From Camelus dromedarius (taxonomy: Eukaryota), in assembly GCF_036321535.1 (NCBI RefSeq), contig NC_087437.1:7068001-7132000 (forward strand): a stretch of DNA of 64,000 nt, read 5' to 3'. The stretch's first letter is position 1; the number at the start of each line of letters is the position of its first letter. Of the stretch, positions 1-12,836 are shown piece by piece. The position numbers were made by a program, and so were the translations under genes. A model generated the notes under the pieces. That model was given only the letters and a program-made list of their open reading frames with translations, had not been told where the DNA came from and ran no database searches.

Positions 1-90
1 CTGAGCAAAAATCAGTATTCTGTTTCTTAAACTGAGGTATCTGAAGACCTTGCACTATGAGGAAGTGAGAATGATATTTGCATTGGTAAC

Positions 91-487
91 TGTCTTAGGT
101 CAGGACCTCAGAAGCAGAGCCTGAGATGAGGATGTGCATACAAGGAAGTGCTCCCTGGGGAAACCAGTTGAGGGAGCAGAGGCATCAGGACCAGAACAGG
201 GAGGAAGCAGTGACAGGCGAACTTCAGGCTCACAAGTCCCATTGCAAGAGCTTTAGCCTCATCCTAAAAGGGCGCCCCTATGGGAGCTGACTGTCTCCCA
301 GGAGGACTTGCAGCCCCCGTCACTGCGGATGCCCAGCCCAGGGCCACGGAAACCTTGGCTCCAACAGCCCTGGGCTCCTCCTCCTAAGGAGAGTCACGTG
401 CAGGGCCATTGGAAGTAAAAGCCAAGGAGTAGGAAGGAATGCACAGAAATGTCAAAGGAATTCAAGAGGGTCTGGGCGGGGCAACAT
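91..487 (-). mobile_element. ERVL solo LTR (LTR33/LTR16 group), degraded
   Basis: Starts TGTCTTAGGT..AGAAGCAGAGCCTGAGA and ends GGGTCTGGGCGGGGCAACA, resembling the reverse-complemented ends of LTR33/LTR16-type consensus. Confidence 0.6.
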
Positions 488-680
488 TTACTGAGACTTT
501 TGGTGCCAAGAAAGTTTTTTCTTCAGGGAGTCTATCATTTCGTCCTTGCAATCCCCCAATGAATGATCTCTATGTTACATAATAAGGAACTGAAGTGTTA
601 AGTAATTTGTAAGACTGTTCAGAAAAAGTCAGCGGCAGAGCCGAGACTCAACTCTTGGGCCATCTAAAGACCATGTCTTT
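488..680 (-). mobile_element. MIR SINE, degraded
   Basis: CATTTACTGAG...AAGGAACTGAAGTGTTAAGTAATTTG...GGCAGAGCCGAGACTCAACTC follows the antisense MIR core. Confidence 0.55.
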
Positions 681-984
681 TTCTCCTGGCCTTTTCTAAA
701 GACGGGTTTTCTTTCTTCTTCTTATATTCCTTTCTAGTCACTTCTTATATTCCTATTCCTCTCCTTTTTTTCCTATCCTTTACTTTACCCTCGTTTTATT
801 ATATTCCAATATTCCTTTTGGTTATATTCCATAACCACAGTGAGGGATTCAGTTCGGGAAAGGATGAGGAAATTGGGGGATAGGGTAGATAGGAAAAACA
901 GAGATGATAAAACAATTTATAACCAAGAAATATTATAGCAAATGAGCGGGAATAATTCTGTGGCCAGGAGAAGGGAGGAAATCT

Positions 985-1165
985 AATAATATCTTGAAGT
1001 TCATGAGAGGTTTTAATACAGAATAGATTGACCAGCTGTGCTCAAATATCATAGAGAAGTCTAGGAGAGAAGCCTTCTTGGTCTTATAGGGGGAGGATTT
1101 TATGTTGAATTAAAGCAAGTGTTCCCTGGCCATAATGGCTGTTGAGTGCTAGAGCGAAGTCCTGT
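985..1165 (+). mobile_element. CR1/L3 LINE 3' fragment
   Basis: Colinear degraded similarity to the L3 3' region (..TTGAAGTTCATGAGAGG..GACCAGCTGTGCTC..AGGATTTTATGTTGAATTAAAGCAAG..). Confidence 0.45.
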
Positions 1166-1993
1166 AAATGCAAATGAAAAAGAAAAGAAAACGAAAGAAA
1201 AGAAAAGAGGAAAACTAGAAAGATGCAAGCCCAGACTGCCACTTTGTGCAAATGTATGAGATGTTACCTTGAACACAGATGCTTCACACCTGCAACTTCA
1301 CACAGAGTGGGAGCTGTGAATTAAAAAAAAAAATAAAAGCAATGAACTTCACTGGAGCTGAAGATGACCCACCAGAAACTGTCACGTAGTTTGCGCTGGG
1401 GAAGGGGTTCCTTCTGGTCTGGTCTAGTAATTCGCTTCTCAATGAGAACGTTTTTGTTTTTCCACTTTTATCCCTTCTCCCCCAAAGACAAGATCACAAA
1501 TGCTACTGCATATATGTAAAAGGGCATTTTACAAAGAAATACAGAGAAGTACCATTGTTGACGCTACAGTGCAGTATGGAGCCACTGACTGCTTAGGCAG
1601 CAGAGGGAACGGACCTTGTGAAGTGTTACCTGTCTGTAACCATCTGCTGTTTTGCTGTTCTCTGTCCATCCACTGCTCCTGCCCCCGATTTCCTGTGTAA
1701 GATGATGATGGAGATTTCTTAAATGTTAACATATATTTACATACTCAGTGGTGTGTGTGTGTGCTGTGCACTGCTGTCAGAGTATGCCACTCACTATTTT
1801 ATAATGGGGCATATACTGAACATTCATTTAGAAGTCACTTATGATTATATCTTCCCCATAGAAACTCTGACTTGGATGGACTTCTGTTTTGGGACAGAAT
1901 CCATTGCAGTCACACCAATATACTTTTTGTGTGTGTGAGAACCACCATAAGTTTTTTTTTTCCATATGTGTATTACAGGCATGTGCATTTACT

Positions 1994-2405
1994 TTTTTAT
2001 TATTTATTTATCAATTTATTGAAGTAGAGTTGGTTTACAATGTTGTGTTAGTTTCTGGTGTACAGCATAGTGATTCAGTTGCACATATATATATATTCTT
2101 TTTCATATTCTTTTCCATTATAGGCTATTGCAAGACATTGAATATAGTTCCCTGTGCTTCCCAGTAGGACCTTAGTGTTTATCTATTTTATATATAGTAG
2201 TTTGTATCTGTAAATCCCAAACTCCTAATTTATCCCTCCCCGCCCCGTAACCATAAGTTTGTTTTCTATATCTGTGAGTCTGTGTCTGTTTCATAAGCAA
2301 GGTCATTTGTGTCATTTTTTAAGATTCCACATATAAATGATATCAGATGGTATTTTTCTTTCTCTTTCTGGCTTACTTCACTCAGAATGACAATCTCCAG
2401 GTCCA
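1994..2405 (-). mobile_element. Young L1 3' end (cetartiodactyl/camelid type), 5'-truncated
   Basis: T-rich tail then TTGAAGTAGAGTTGGTTTACAATGTTGTGTTAGTTTCTGGTGTACAGCATAGTGATTCAG; homologous to several other copies in the window. Confidence 0.9.
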
Positions 2406-2747
2406 AATATTCTTTTGAAGGTACTATTTGTTAGCTGCATTGTGACTTAAATGGCTACTTCTGAGCTAGTGTCAGAAATCGATCACCATTTAGACCATAT
2501 TATCTCTGAGAAAACAGATTCCAGTTTTGATTTCGGACCACAGGACTATTTCCATCCTAACATACCTCTCAGTGGAGGCTTGCAAGGGGATTTTCTATAC
2601 ATTGGGGGAGGCCAGTTGCCCCCCGATGTCCACGGCTGCTCTCCCTTCAGCCAGAATAGTGATTTGTTCTCTGTAAAAGAGAATTCCCCTGCCTCCCATT
2701 TTAATACCAGCCATTCACAGGACTAAAGAATTTGTGCAAGAGTGACA

Positions 2748-2975
2748 ATTACTATTACCTATCATGCCTCAGACACTGTGACTCCCTGTATGTACATTAC
2801 CTTCTGTCACTTTCATAATAACTCTGGGGGGTAGGTGTCATTTTCACCATTTTATGGAAGAGGTAACTGCCTTTAAAAAGTTAACTTGCCTAAGGTCTTA
2901 TAAATAATAAATGGTGGAATTAGGTGGAATCAAATGGAATTAGAACTCCACGCCACCCAACTTCAAAGCATAATC
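2748..2975 (-). mobile_element. MIR SINE
   Basis: GGTAGGTGTCATTTTCACCATTTTATGGAAGAGGTAACTG..AAGTTAACTTGCCTAAGGTC = antisense MIR core. Confidence 0.75.
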
Positions 2976-2988
2976 ACGTCATAGATGT

Positions 2989-3603
2989 TGTAGCAGACAT
3001 ATATTTGTTGGTTGCATCCCTAATACCCATTCTCCCTCATCATTATTTTCCTCTGGAAAATCTACCCTCCCTCCCTGTCCCCCAACCCCATGGCACAGCC
3101 ATTTAGTTTGTGTAGAAGTGACCCCACGCTTCCCTTGGAAGTGAGCTTAGATTGACGTAAGCCAACCACTATAGCCGATTCCTCATTGCCCTTTCCCCTG
3201 CCATACTACCTAGTTCAAAAATGAATAGAAAAAAAAAAAAAGAATACATTCTATTCAGAGCCAATGAAATAGAATGAGATGTTTGCTGGTCTTCTGGGAA
3301 TAAGGCGCTCCCTTCTTTAACTGCATTGTATGAAGGAGGTGAGTTCTGAAATTGTGGCAGCATTTTCTTACCTACAGGAGAGAGCATGGTTCTGCTGGAG
3401 TTACCACCAGGTAGAGCCCGAGTTTGAAGCCACTGGGACAGAGGGAATTCAGGCTCATACTGACAGCCATTGAACTCCTGGATCAAGCCTTACCTGAAGT
3501 AAGCACTGCCCTTGGACTGACTGCAAACTTAGTTGCTCAAACTACCATTTGTAGTTTTAGCCACTTGATGTGTTTTGTGCTACAAAGGGTTGTAGGTGAC
3601 ACA
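2989..3603 (+). mobile_element. MaLR solo LTR (MLT1K/L-like)
   Basis: TG...CA ends (TGTAGCAGACA..GTGACACA); MLT1-type motifs GAGCCAATGA and CTCCTGGATCAAGCCTTACCTGAAG. Confidence 0.7.
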
Positions 3604-3989
3604 GGCTCTCTGGTATGAGGAGAACTGACTTCCAGAATCACATTCCTGAAGCAATTCAGCAGCCTAATAATCAAATTAAATTCCATTCAGGCTATTAAGT
3701 GAGAAAAGTTGTCCCACTTAAAACTTACCACAATTCTGAACAATGCAGAATGAAAACATAGAATGTTTTGGCTAAGGATTTTAAGTTAGGCAGAAAGAAA
3801 TTAATTAAATGATGCCATCCTGTGATAATTCTAATTAATCAGAGTTTGAATTCCAGAGGAATAACAAAAACTGGAGTCTGGGTTTATGTTTGAGGGGCAA
3901 AATTCTGAAACTATTTACATATGCTTAATTTAAAACATGTAAATGCACATTGGTTTCTCATCTGAGGCAATCTATTAGTATATCTTTAA

Positions 3990-4125
3990 AACTCTTTTTT
4001 TGTTCTTTTTTTTAAGGAGGAAAGGTAACTAGATTTACTTATTTATTGGAGGTACTGGGAATTGAACCTGGGACCTCATGCATTCTAGGCATGAGCTCTA
4101 CCCCTGAGCTATACCCGTCCTTGCC
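3990..4125 (-). mobile_element. Camelid tRNA-derived SINE (vic-1-like)
   Basis: Antisense A box (TAGCTCAGGGGTAGAG) and B box (GGTTCAATTCC), T-rich tail; imperfect TSD ATTAGTATATCTTTAA (3974-3989) / ATTAGTGTATCTTAA (4126-4140). Confidence 0.9.
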
Positions 4126-4899
4126 ATTAGTGTATCTTAAGCAAAATGTATTTCTCTTTATCTTGATAATTGCTTATTTTACAGAAATTATCATCACTAT
4201 ACCTTCCCTTACATGTGATAAAATTCGGCGGGGATAATTCTCAAGGTGTTTTATGGATCACATATAAAGCCAAATGCCTATCATCACCTAGATTGAGGAA
4301 CTGAGTCGGGGAATGGCTTGAAGGGGACAGCAAACAGTACAGAGAAAATAGGAAAGTGTAGGAAGAAACAGAGGATCATTTCGAAGGTCATTCCACTGGG
4401 AAACCAGCGATTTGAAGTTCCAGGATCCTTTACTGGCAGAGTCCCTTCTGAGGCTGTGGGGGAGAGAGGGGAGACTCTACTGATGTGTTCATACAGTCAC
4501 AGATTCTTCCAAAATTTTCAAAAACTAGATTTTTTTAACTGATATTGGTTAAGCCCACTGTCTTTTCTCCCTTCTAATGCTCTCGGCCCTGTTATATTTA
4601 CTTGGGTTGGGTAGAACTGGAACTACTACAGAAATCCTAGGGGATGCAATTTTAGAGGGTCTATGTATGTGGGCTACAGACACTCCCCTATTTAGTTAAG
4701 GTATTGCTAGCCACCTCCGGGCAGGACTGCCTTCCAGGAATCCTCATTCCATCCACTGTGCCAGCTCACCAGGCACTGTGACAACAACGCGCAGGGTCAG
4801 AGGTTTCATCACGAAATGGGTGCTTAGGGGTCCAACACTACAAGTGTACAGGTAGTGAGGTGAAATTTGGGTCAAAATGTACAGGAGTAGAAGTGAGTC

Positions 4900-5363
4900 T
4901 ATGGAAATTCTTCCAATTATTAGAAATGTAAAATTGCTAGTGGAGGATTGAGTTTTTATCAATATCAAGTCAAACAAAGTTTGCTCTCTTCAGCAATATA
5001 ATAAATAATGCTGCATGTACAATTCCTAAGATTATATGCAGAGGAAAGAATGAATTCTCTTTTTATTTTCTTATAGACAATGCTGTAAAAATTATCATAA
5101 AAGAGATGAACGAAAATTTTGCACAAAAAATGTATTAAGAAGTGAAACTGGTGAATGAATAAATATGGACATCATTTTTTTTTAATTTTGTGCGATTGAG
5201 GTGTTTTTCAGCTTTTTAAAGTTAGAAACATTTTCCAGTTTCTTATGCTATATGAATAATCACATCCCAACCTAATTTAATATTTTAAATTCTGTATTTT
5301 TGTCTGAAATTAACATCCTCAAATTAACATTCTTTAGACCCCAAACCCTTGGATCTGACCTTG
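4900..5363 (+). mobile_element. hAT-Tip100 DNA transposon remnant (Zaphod-like), 3' part
   Basis: Decayed hAT C-terminal dimerisation coding region (GAGGAAAGAATGAATTCTCTTTTTATTTTCTTATAGACAATG), AT-rich 3' region, end CCCCAAACCCTTGGATCTGACCTTG; possible left TIR CAGGGTCAGA at 4792. Confidence 0.6.
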
Positions 5364-5547
5364 GTCTGTCCAAGCTTTAGGTAAAAAGAAACTGGTTCAA
5401 CATCTAGGTGAACCTTCTTACCGCCTAAGATTACAGCCTGATGCCTATTTGTGGGGCCACCATAGTGTTCACCGCCAGTCTGCGCTGAAGGGCTTCTGGA
5501 TTCTTGCACAAAAGGAAAGATCAAGTCCACTTATTTCATATTTAAAA

Positions 5548-6345
5548 ATTTTTTATCAGCTTTACTGAGGAACAATTGGCATAAAACAAGCAATGCATAT
5601 TTAAAGTGTACTATCTGGTAAGTTTTGACCTACGTTTACACCCACGAAACTGGCAACATAATCAAGATAATGGCAACACCCTTCACACCCAAAGTGTCCT
5701 CATTTGTTTTTCTAATCTCTTCCTCCTCCATCTCCTCATGGCCCCTCCCATCCTCAGTCAACCACTTCGCTGCTTTCTGTCCCAGTAGGTTAGTTCGTGT
5801 TTTCTGGAAATGTATACAAATAGAACCAAACAGTATGCATTGTTGTGGGGGGTGGGAGGGTCCTGGCTTCTTTCACTCAGCATAATTCTTTTGAGCTTCA
5901 CTTGTGCTGTTTGTATCAATAGTTCATTCATTTTTATCTCTGAGTAGTGTTTCATTATATTGCTATGCCTCAGTTTCTTTATCCTTTTTTTCTGGGCTGA
6001 GCATTTGTGCTGTTTCTAGGTTTTGGCTAATACAGATACATTTATTAGGAACATTTGTGTACAAGTCTTTGTTCTGACATACCCTTTAATTTTCTTGGGT
6101 AGATATCCAGAAGTGAATTGCCTGGATTATACATTAGTTTCACTTTTTAAAGAAGACCATCAAATGGTTTTTTCCAAAGGAGTTGAACCCTTATCTGTGA
6201 AGATACGTTGGTTGTATATTCAGTTCTGTGTTAAATACCCTATATTCTCAGTCTGTCAAGATATTATTTCACAATCTCTTTGCTTTTATTATCGCCATTG
6301 TTGGTTGTTAGTTTAGTTCCCCTTCCTATGAAGGCAAGCACTCTC
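5548..6345 (-). mobile_element. Old L1M (L1ME/MB-type) 3' end
   Basis: TTTATCAGCTTTACTGAGG..CATATTTAAAGTGTAC..TTCACTCAGCATAAT typical antisense L1M 3' UTR / ORF2 C-terminus. Confidence 0.85.
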
Positions 6346-6351
6346 TCTCTC

Positions 6352-9030
6352 TTTGTAATTGAAGGATAGTTGACATAAACACATACTGATTCAACATTTA
6401 AATAAATTATAAAATGATCACAAGTCTAGGAACTGTCACCATACAAAATAATTAGACTGTTACTATGTTCCTTATGCTGTATATTACATCCCTGTGACTT
6501 TCTTATCGTATAACTGGAAGTTTCTACCTCTTAATCCCCTCCATATATTTCATTCCCGCCCCCGCCCCCTCCAGCAACCACAAGTTTGCTCTCTGTTTCT
6601 TCAAGTCTGTTTCTGTTTTGTTTTGTTTGATCACTTATTTTGTTTTTCAGGTTCCACATACAAGTGAGTTCATGTGTATTAGTCTTCATCTAATTTATTT
6701 CATTTAGCATAGTACCCTTGAGATCCATCCATGTTTTTGCAAATGGCAAGATTTCATTCTTTTTTATGGCTGATATATATATATACACACATACATACAT
6801 ACATGTATCTTCTTTATCCATTCATCTATCAGTAAATACAGGTTGCTTCCATATCTTGGCTATTGTAAATGATGCTGCAATGAACACAGGGGTGCATCTA
6901 TCCCTTTGAATCAGGGGTTTTGTTTCTTTGGCCAAATACCCAGAAGTGGAACTTCTGGATCTTACAGTAGCTCTTTTTTTTTTTTTTTTTTTTTTTTTTG
7001 AGGAAACTCCATACTGTTTTCCATAGTGGTTGCACCAATTTACATTTCTACCAGCAGTGCGTGAGGGTTCCCTTTTCTCCACATCCTCACCAACATTTGT
7101 TATTTGTAGCCTTTTTGACGACAGCCATTCTGACAGGTGTGAGGTGATGCCTCATTGTGGTTTTGATTTGCATTTCCCTGATGATTAGTGATGTTGAACA
7201 TCTTTTCATGTGCCTGTTGGTCATTTGTATGTCTTCTTTGGAGAAATGTCTAATGTCTGTTTAGGTCTCCTGCCCATTTTTAATTGGATTGTTTACTTTT
7301 TTTCATATTGAGTTCTATGATTTATTTATATAACTTGGATATTAACCATTTACAGAATATATTGTTGCAAATATCTTTGCCCATTTGCCCTTTCGTTTTG
7401 TTGATGCTTTGCTTTGCTGTGCAAAAGCTTTCTAGTTCGATGTAGTCATATTTGTTTATTCTTGCTTTTGTCTCCCTTGTCTGAGGGGACATATCCAAAA
7501 AAATATTGCTAAGATTGATGTCAAAGAGCATACAGCCTATGTTTTCTTGTAGGAGTTTTATGGTTTCAGGTTTTACATTTAACTCTTTAATCCATTTTGA
7601 GTCTATTTTTGTACATGATATAAGAAAGTGGTCTGGTTTGATTCTTTTGCATGTAGCTGTCCAGTTTTCACAATACCATTTATTGAAGAGGCTGTCCTTT
7701 CCCCATTGTATGTTCTTGCCTCCTTTGTCATACCTTAATTAAACACATAATTGTGGGTTTATTTCTGAGATCTCTTTTCTGTTCTATTGATCTATGTGTC
7801 TGTTTTTGTGCCAGTACCATACTGCTTTAATTACTATAGCTCAGTAATATAGTTTGAAATCAGGGAGCATGCATTATACCTCCAGCTTTGTTCTTCTTTC
7901 TCAAGATTGCTTTGGCTATTTGGGGTCTTGTGTGGTTCCATACGAATTTTAGGATTATGTGTTTGAGTTCTGTGAAAAAATGCCATTGGAATTTTGATAG
8001 GGATTGCACTGAATCTGTAGATTCTTTGGGGCTCTATGGGAATTATAACAATATTACTTCTTCCAATCCATGAGCACAGTATATCTTTCCATTTATTTGT
8101 GCTGTCTTCAGTTTCCTTTATCAATGTCTTATAGTTTCCAGAGTATAGGTCCTTCACATACTTGGTTAAATTTTTTCTTAGGTATTTTATTCTTTTGGAT
8201 GTAATTGTAACTGGGTTTTTCTTTTAAATTTCTCTTTCTGATAGATCATTATTACTGAATAGAAATGCAACCGATTTCTGCATGTTAATTTTGTATTCTG
8301 CAACTGTGCTGAATTCATGTATTAATTCTAAGAATTCTTTTGGTGGAGTGTTTAGGGTTTTCTATATATAGTATGTCATCTGGAAGGAGTGATTGTTTTA
8401 CTTCTTTCCAATATGGATACCTTTTCTTTCTTTCTTTTTTCTTTTCTTTTTTTCCTTCTGTCTTATTGCTGTGGCTAGAACTTCCAATACTATGTTGAAT
8501 AAAAATGGTGAGAGGGTGTCCTTGTCTTGTTCCTGATCTTAGAGGAGATGCTTTCAGCTTTTCACTATTGAGTATGATGTTAGCTGTGAGTTTGTCATCA
8601 ATGGCCTTTATTATGTTATTATTATTATGAGGTTATTTCCCCTGTATTCCCACTTTGTTGAGAGTTTTTTTTTTTATCATAAATGAAAGTTGAATTTTTA
8701 AAAGCTTTTTCTGCATCTACTGAGATAATCATGTGAATTTAATCCTTAATTTTGCCAATGTGGTGCATCATGCTGATTGATTTGCAGATTTTGAACCATC
8801 CTTGCATCCCTGGGATAAATCCCACTTGATCATGGTGTGTGATCCTTTTAATGTGTTATTGAAGTTGGTTTGCTAACATTTTGCTGAGGATTTTTGCATC
8901 TATATTTATCCCAGATATTGGCCTGTAATTTTTTTTCTTTTTTTTTTCTTTTTTTTTTTTTTTGGCTTTTTGTTTTGGTTTGGTATCAGAATAACACTGA
9001 CCTTATAGAATGAGTTGGGAAGAGTTCTTT
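6352..9030 (-). mobile_element. Younger L1 (3' UTR plus ~2.3 kb of ORF2), inserted into the old L1M
   Basis: ORF-track fragments 6822-7082, 7322-7531 and 7834-8157 translate to L1 ORF2 ([57 protein letters not shown]), broken by frameshifts and stops. Confidence 0.95.
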
Positions 9031-9034
9031 TTTT

Positions 9035-11770
9035 CTGGTGTGTTTTCTTTTTATTTAAATTTCTGCTTGTTTATTGCTAATATATAAAAATTCAATTGTA
9101 TTCTTATATATTGATCTCTTACCCTGAAACATTAAACTCTCTTAATAGTTATAGCAGTTTTTAAAAAATAGATTCCAATGAAGATTATGCAGAAACAATT
9201 ATACTGTTTCTGAGTGAAAACAGCTTTATTTCTGCTTTTCCTGTCTGGATGCCTTTTATTTCTTTTTCTTGCTTTATTGCACTGACAAGAAATTCCAATA
9301 CAGTATTGAAGAGAAGTGGTGAGAGTGGACATCCTGCTTCATTCTTCATGTTAGATAAAGCTATATTTACAGTTTTTCAGCTGTATTTTTGTGGACACCC
9401 TTTATCAAATTAAGAAAGTTCCCTTCTATTCCTAGTTTTCTAAGAGTTTTTATCTGGAATATATGTTGAAATTTGTCAAATGCTTTCTTCTGCATCTATT
9501 GAGATGTTATATAATTTTTTCTTATTTCACTTATTTGTGTTTTGTTATTATAAAGCTCATTGGTAATTTTCTATTGTTAAATCAACTTTACAAAACCTTG
9601 CATGTTTGGTCATGCTGTTTTATCTTTTACATAGTATCAGACTTAATTTGCTCAAATTTTGGTAAGAAAATTTTCATTTCAATCATGAAGGGATATTGGC
9701 TTGCAATTTTTTCTTGTAATGTCTTCATCTGTTTGTTTTATCAGGGCAATTCTGGCTTCACAGACTGAGGTGGGAGTGTTGTCTCCTTTTCAGTTGTGTG
9801 GAAGTCTTTGTGTAGAATTGATATTATTTATTCCTTAAATCTTTACTAGAATATTCCAGTGAAGCCATCTGGGCTTCTGCATTTCTTTGTTGTATGTTTC
9901 TAAACTACAATCTTAACTTCTTTAATCAACAGAGAGCTATTTAAGCGATAGCTTTAATAGTTGTTTCTTGAATGAGTTTTGATGGTCTGCATCTATCAAG
10001 GAATTTGTCCATTATATTTAAGGTTCAGAGTTTCTTGGTGTAAAGTTTGTATATAGTATCATTTTAATATTTGTGAAGATTGTAGTGATATTCACTCTCT
10101 CATTTCTGATATCCATAATTTATATTTCCCCCTTTTCCCTGATTAGTCTAGAGATTTATTATCAATTTGACTAATCTTCTCAAAGAAGTTGATGAATTCT
10201 TCCAGCTTTCATACATCTGAACAGTCTTTATTTTGCTTTCATTTTTGAATGACCTTTTCACTAGAATTCTAGAATGGCAGATTTTTCCCTTTCAATATTT
10301 TAGAGATCTTGCTACACCATTTTTTTCCTCTTGCATTGTTTGCAACAAGAAACTGTTAATTTTCCTTTTTTCCTTCGTACATAACATATCTTTTTCTCTG
10401 ATTGCTTTTAAGGTTTTCTGTTTATCACAGGTTTTGATCAGTTTGATTATGCTGTGCCTTGGTTTCATTTTCTTTATATTTTCTGTAGTTTCTCAGATTC
10501 TTGTGTTTTGGCTTTTAGCAAATTTGGAAAATCTTCATCAATAGTTCCTTCAAATATAGGTTTTGTTTTGCCTCTCTCCCCATTGTGAGTTCAATTACTC
10601 ATACATTAGGTGACTTGAAATTGTCCCACATCTCACTGATGCTCTGTCCAGTTTTTTTAAAGTTCTCTATGTTGCATTTGGGGTTGTTTCTATTGCTATG
10701 CCTTCAAAATCACCAATCTTTTCTTTCACAATGTCTAATCTAATGTTAATCCTAGAAAGTATATTTTTCATTTCACACACTGTAGTTTTCATCATTAGAA
10801 GTTTGATGTCAATCTTTTTTATATCTTCCATGTTTTTGCTTAACGTTTTGAACATATGGAATATGGTTATAATAACCATTTTAATATCCTTCTCTGCTAA
10901 GTCTAACATCTGTGCTTAGTTCTTAATCAGATTCAATTGATTGATTTATCTCCTCATTATGGATCATATTTTCCTGTTTCTTTGTGTGTCTGGAACTTTT
11001 TGACTGAATGCCAGACATTGCAATTTATACCTTGTGGGATGTTGAATATTCTTGTGTTTGTATCAATACTCTCGAGCTTTGTTCTGGGACACAGTTAAGT
11101 TACTTGGAAACAGTTTGGTCCTTTCTGGTCTTGTTTTTAATAACTGTGAGGCAGACCCAGTGTAGTGTTTACTCATGGGCTAATTATTCCCCACTGAAGA
11201 AAGCCTCATCTGAGTATTGTGCTCAATGTGTTGTGAATTTTCAGGTTGTCAGTCTGCCTGTTGGGTACTGAGACTATTCTTACTCCTGAGTGCTCACTGG
11301 GCACTGGTACCTCTAATGCTTTTGGGTGATCCTTTCTCTGGGCTCAGGAAGTTCCCTCACGTGCATGCACTGATCTGTTCTCAGCTGAATACTCAAGGGG
11401 GACACGCTGTTGATGTCTGCAGTGCTTCCTCTGTGCAGTGCTTCACTCTCTGGTGCTCTGCCCTGGGAACTACAGCTGCCTTGGTCTCTTCAGACTCTCA
11501 CCTCTGTCTCCTCAACTCCAGGAGTTGATTGCCCTCCACCTGGGCTCTCCCTCTCAAGGCGTGGCCAGGAGACTCTTGTACGGTAGGAAGGTGAAGCAAC
11601 ATACAATTCACTTGATTTATTTCTCATATCTCAGGGACCAGGATTCTTCATCACTTGAAGATCCAGTCTCTTCAAAACCACTGCTTTCTATTTCTTTGTC
11701 TAATTTTTGATTGTTTTAGGTGGGAGAGTAAATCAGTTCCCCTTTCTCCATCCTGGCCTGATGCAGGTGT
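9035..11770 (-). mobile_element. Old L1M continuation: ORF2 RT fragment, ORF1 remnant and 5' UTR, internally deleted
   Basis: 9035-9780 repeats the ORF2 segment seen at 8210-9030 but is more diverged; 10667-10909 translates to an ORF1 coiled coil (EMKNILSRINIRLDIVKEKIGDFE); L1M-type 5' end follows. Confidence 0.85.
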
Positions 11771-12836
11771 TATTATTTTGATTTTTCTTTTTGGCTTACA
11801 CTGGATTCTTTCAGATCAAGATTAAGGAGAAAAGAATCTTTCGAGAAACTCACAGATAGACATCAGGGATGAGGCATACATGTTTGACCATTAAATTGAG
11901 CAGTGGGCCAGTCTCAACTTCAGTTTCATTAATCTGCTAAAGAGAAGGAAGAATCTACATGAAACTCACAGATTTCAGATGATCAGATTAGCCACCATGT
12001 TAGGAGGCTTGAGAGCTCTGCTCTGGAGAAACAAAATCCCTGACAGTTGTGGATGTTTTTGTAGTAGGAGACTTCTGTTATTTTAGCAAACAGAAAGACT
12101 GCATAAAAATGTCAAAAAGAAACTACTTTTGAAGAAAAAAATAGAAACTGACTCACTAAAGGGACCTGTTGGGGATAATTACCCAGAGCCTGTGGTAGAT
12201 CGGAAGGGCTGATTTAAAGTTATTGTTTCTGCAAATTCTGCAAAAAACAAAAAAACAAAACAAAGATTTTTTCCCCCCCTGGCTTTGCTAGTAGTGGAAA
12301 AATTCCTCCCACAGCCATAATCTCATGTAACCAGCACAGTGAATTTTTCTCTTGGTGTTCCTTAAACCTCCTTTTCTCTAATACAGAGCAATAATGGCTT
12401 ATGACAAAACATTCAAAACTATCATTTGAAATAGTGTTTTGGTTTTTGATTTGCAGTCTGATGATGGATTATAGGGGCTTTAGTTTGTTGGTTTCTTGCT
12501 GCTTTATGTTAGTAAAGCCTGAACTTTCTCATCTGATACCTGTTCAACTCTGAGGATGCTGATTAATTCATGGTGGAAAAGTATCAGCTTCACATACGTT
12601 CCTGAAATGCCCTCTCATAGGAGACATTAGATAAACTTTGAATTAATTGAGATAAATAAATATTCAATCCTTTGGATACCACCATACTCTTCTTTCATTC
12701 AAAATATGTCTTCTCACTTGAAGTTTATCAGCAATAAAAATATATTCAAATTTAATTTAATGTCACCTAAAGAATGACTACATTATCTCTGAATTGCATC
12801 TGTGTTTTCCTGGTCACCTATATACTAATTGTTCTT

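Noticed and set aside
1488..1696. Exon after the strong pyrimidine tract at 1451-1487
   Set aside because: Donor (TGT|GTAAGA) is weak and there is no other support
6822..8157. ORFs resembling a reverse-transcriptase protein as a functional CDS
   Set aside because: Frameshifted, stop-ridden fragments of a 5'-truncated L1 ORF2
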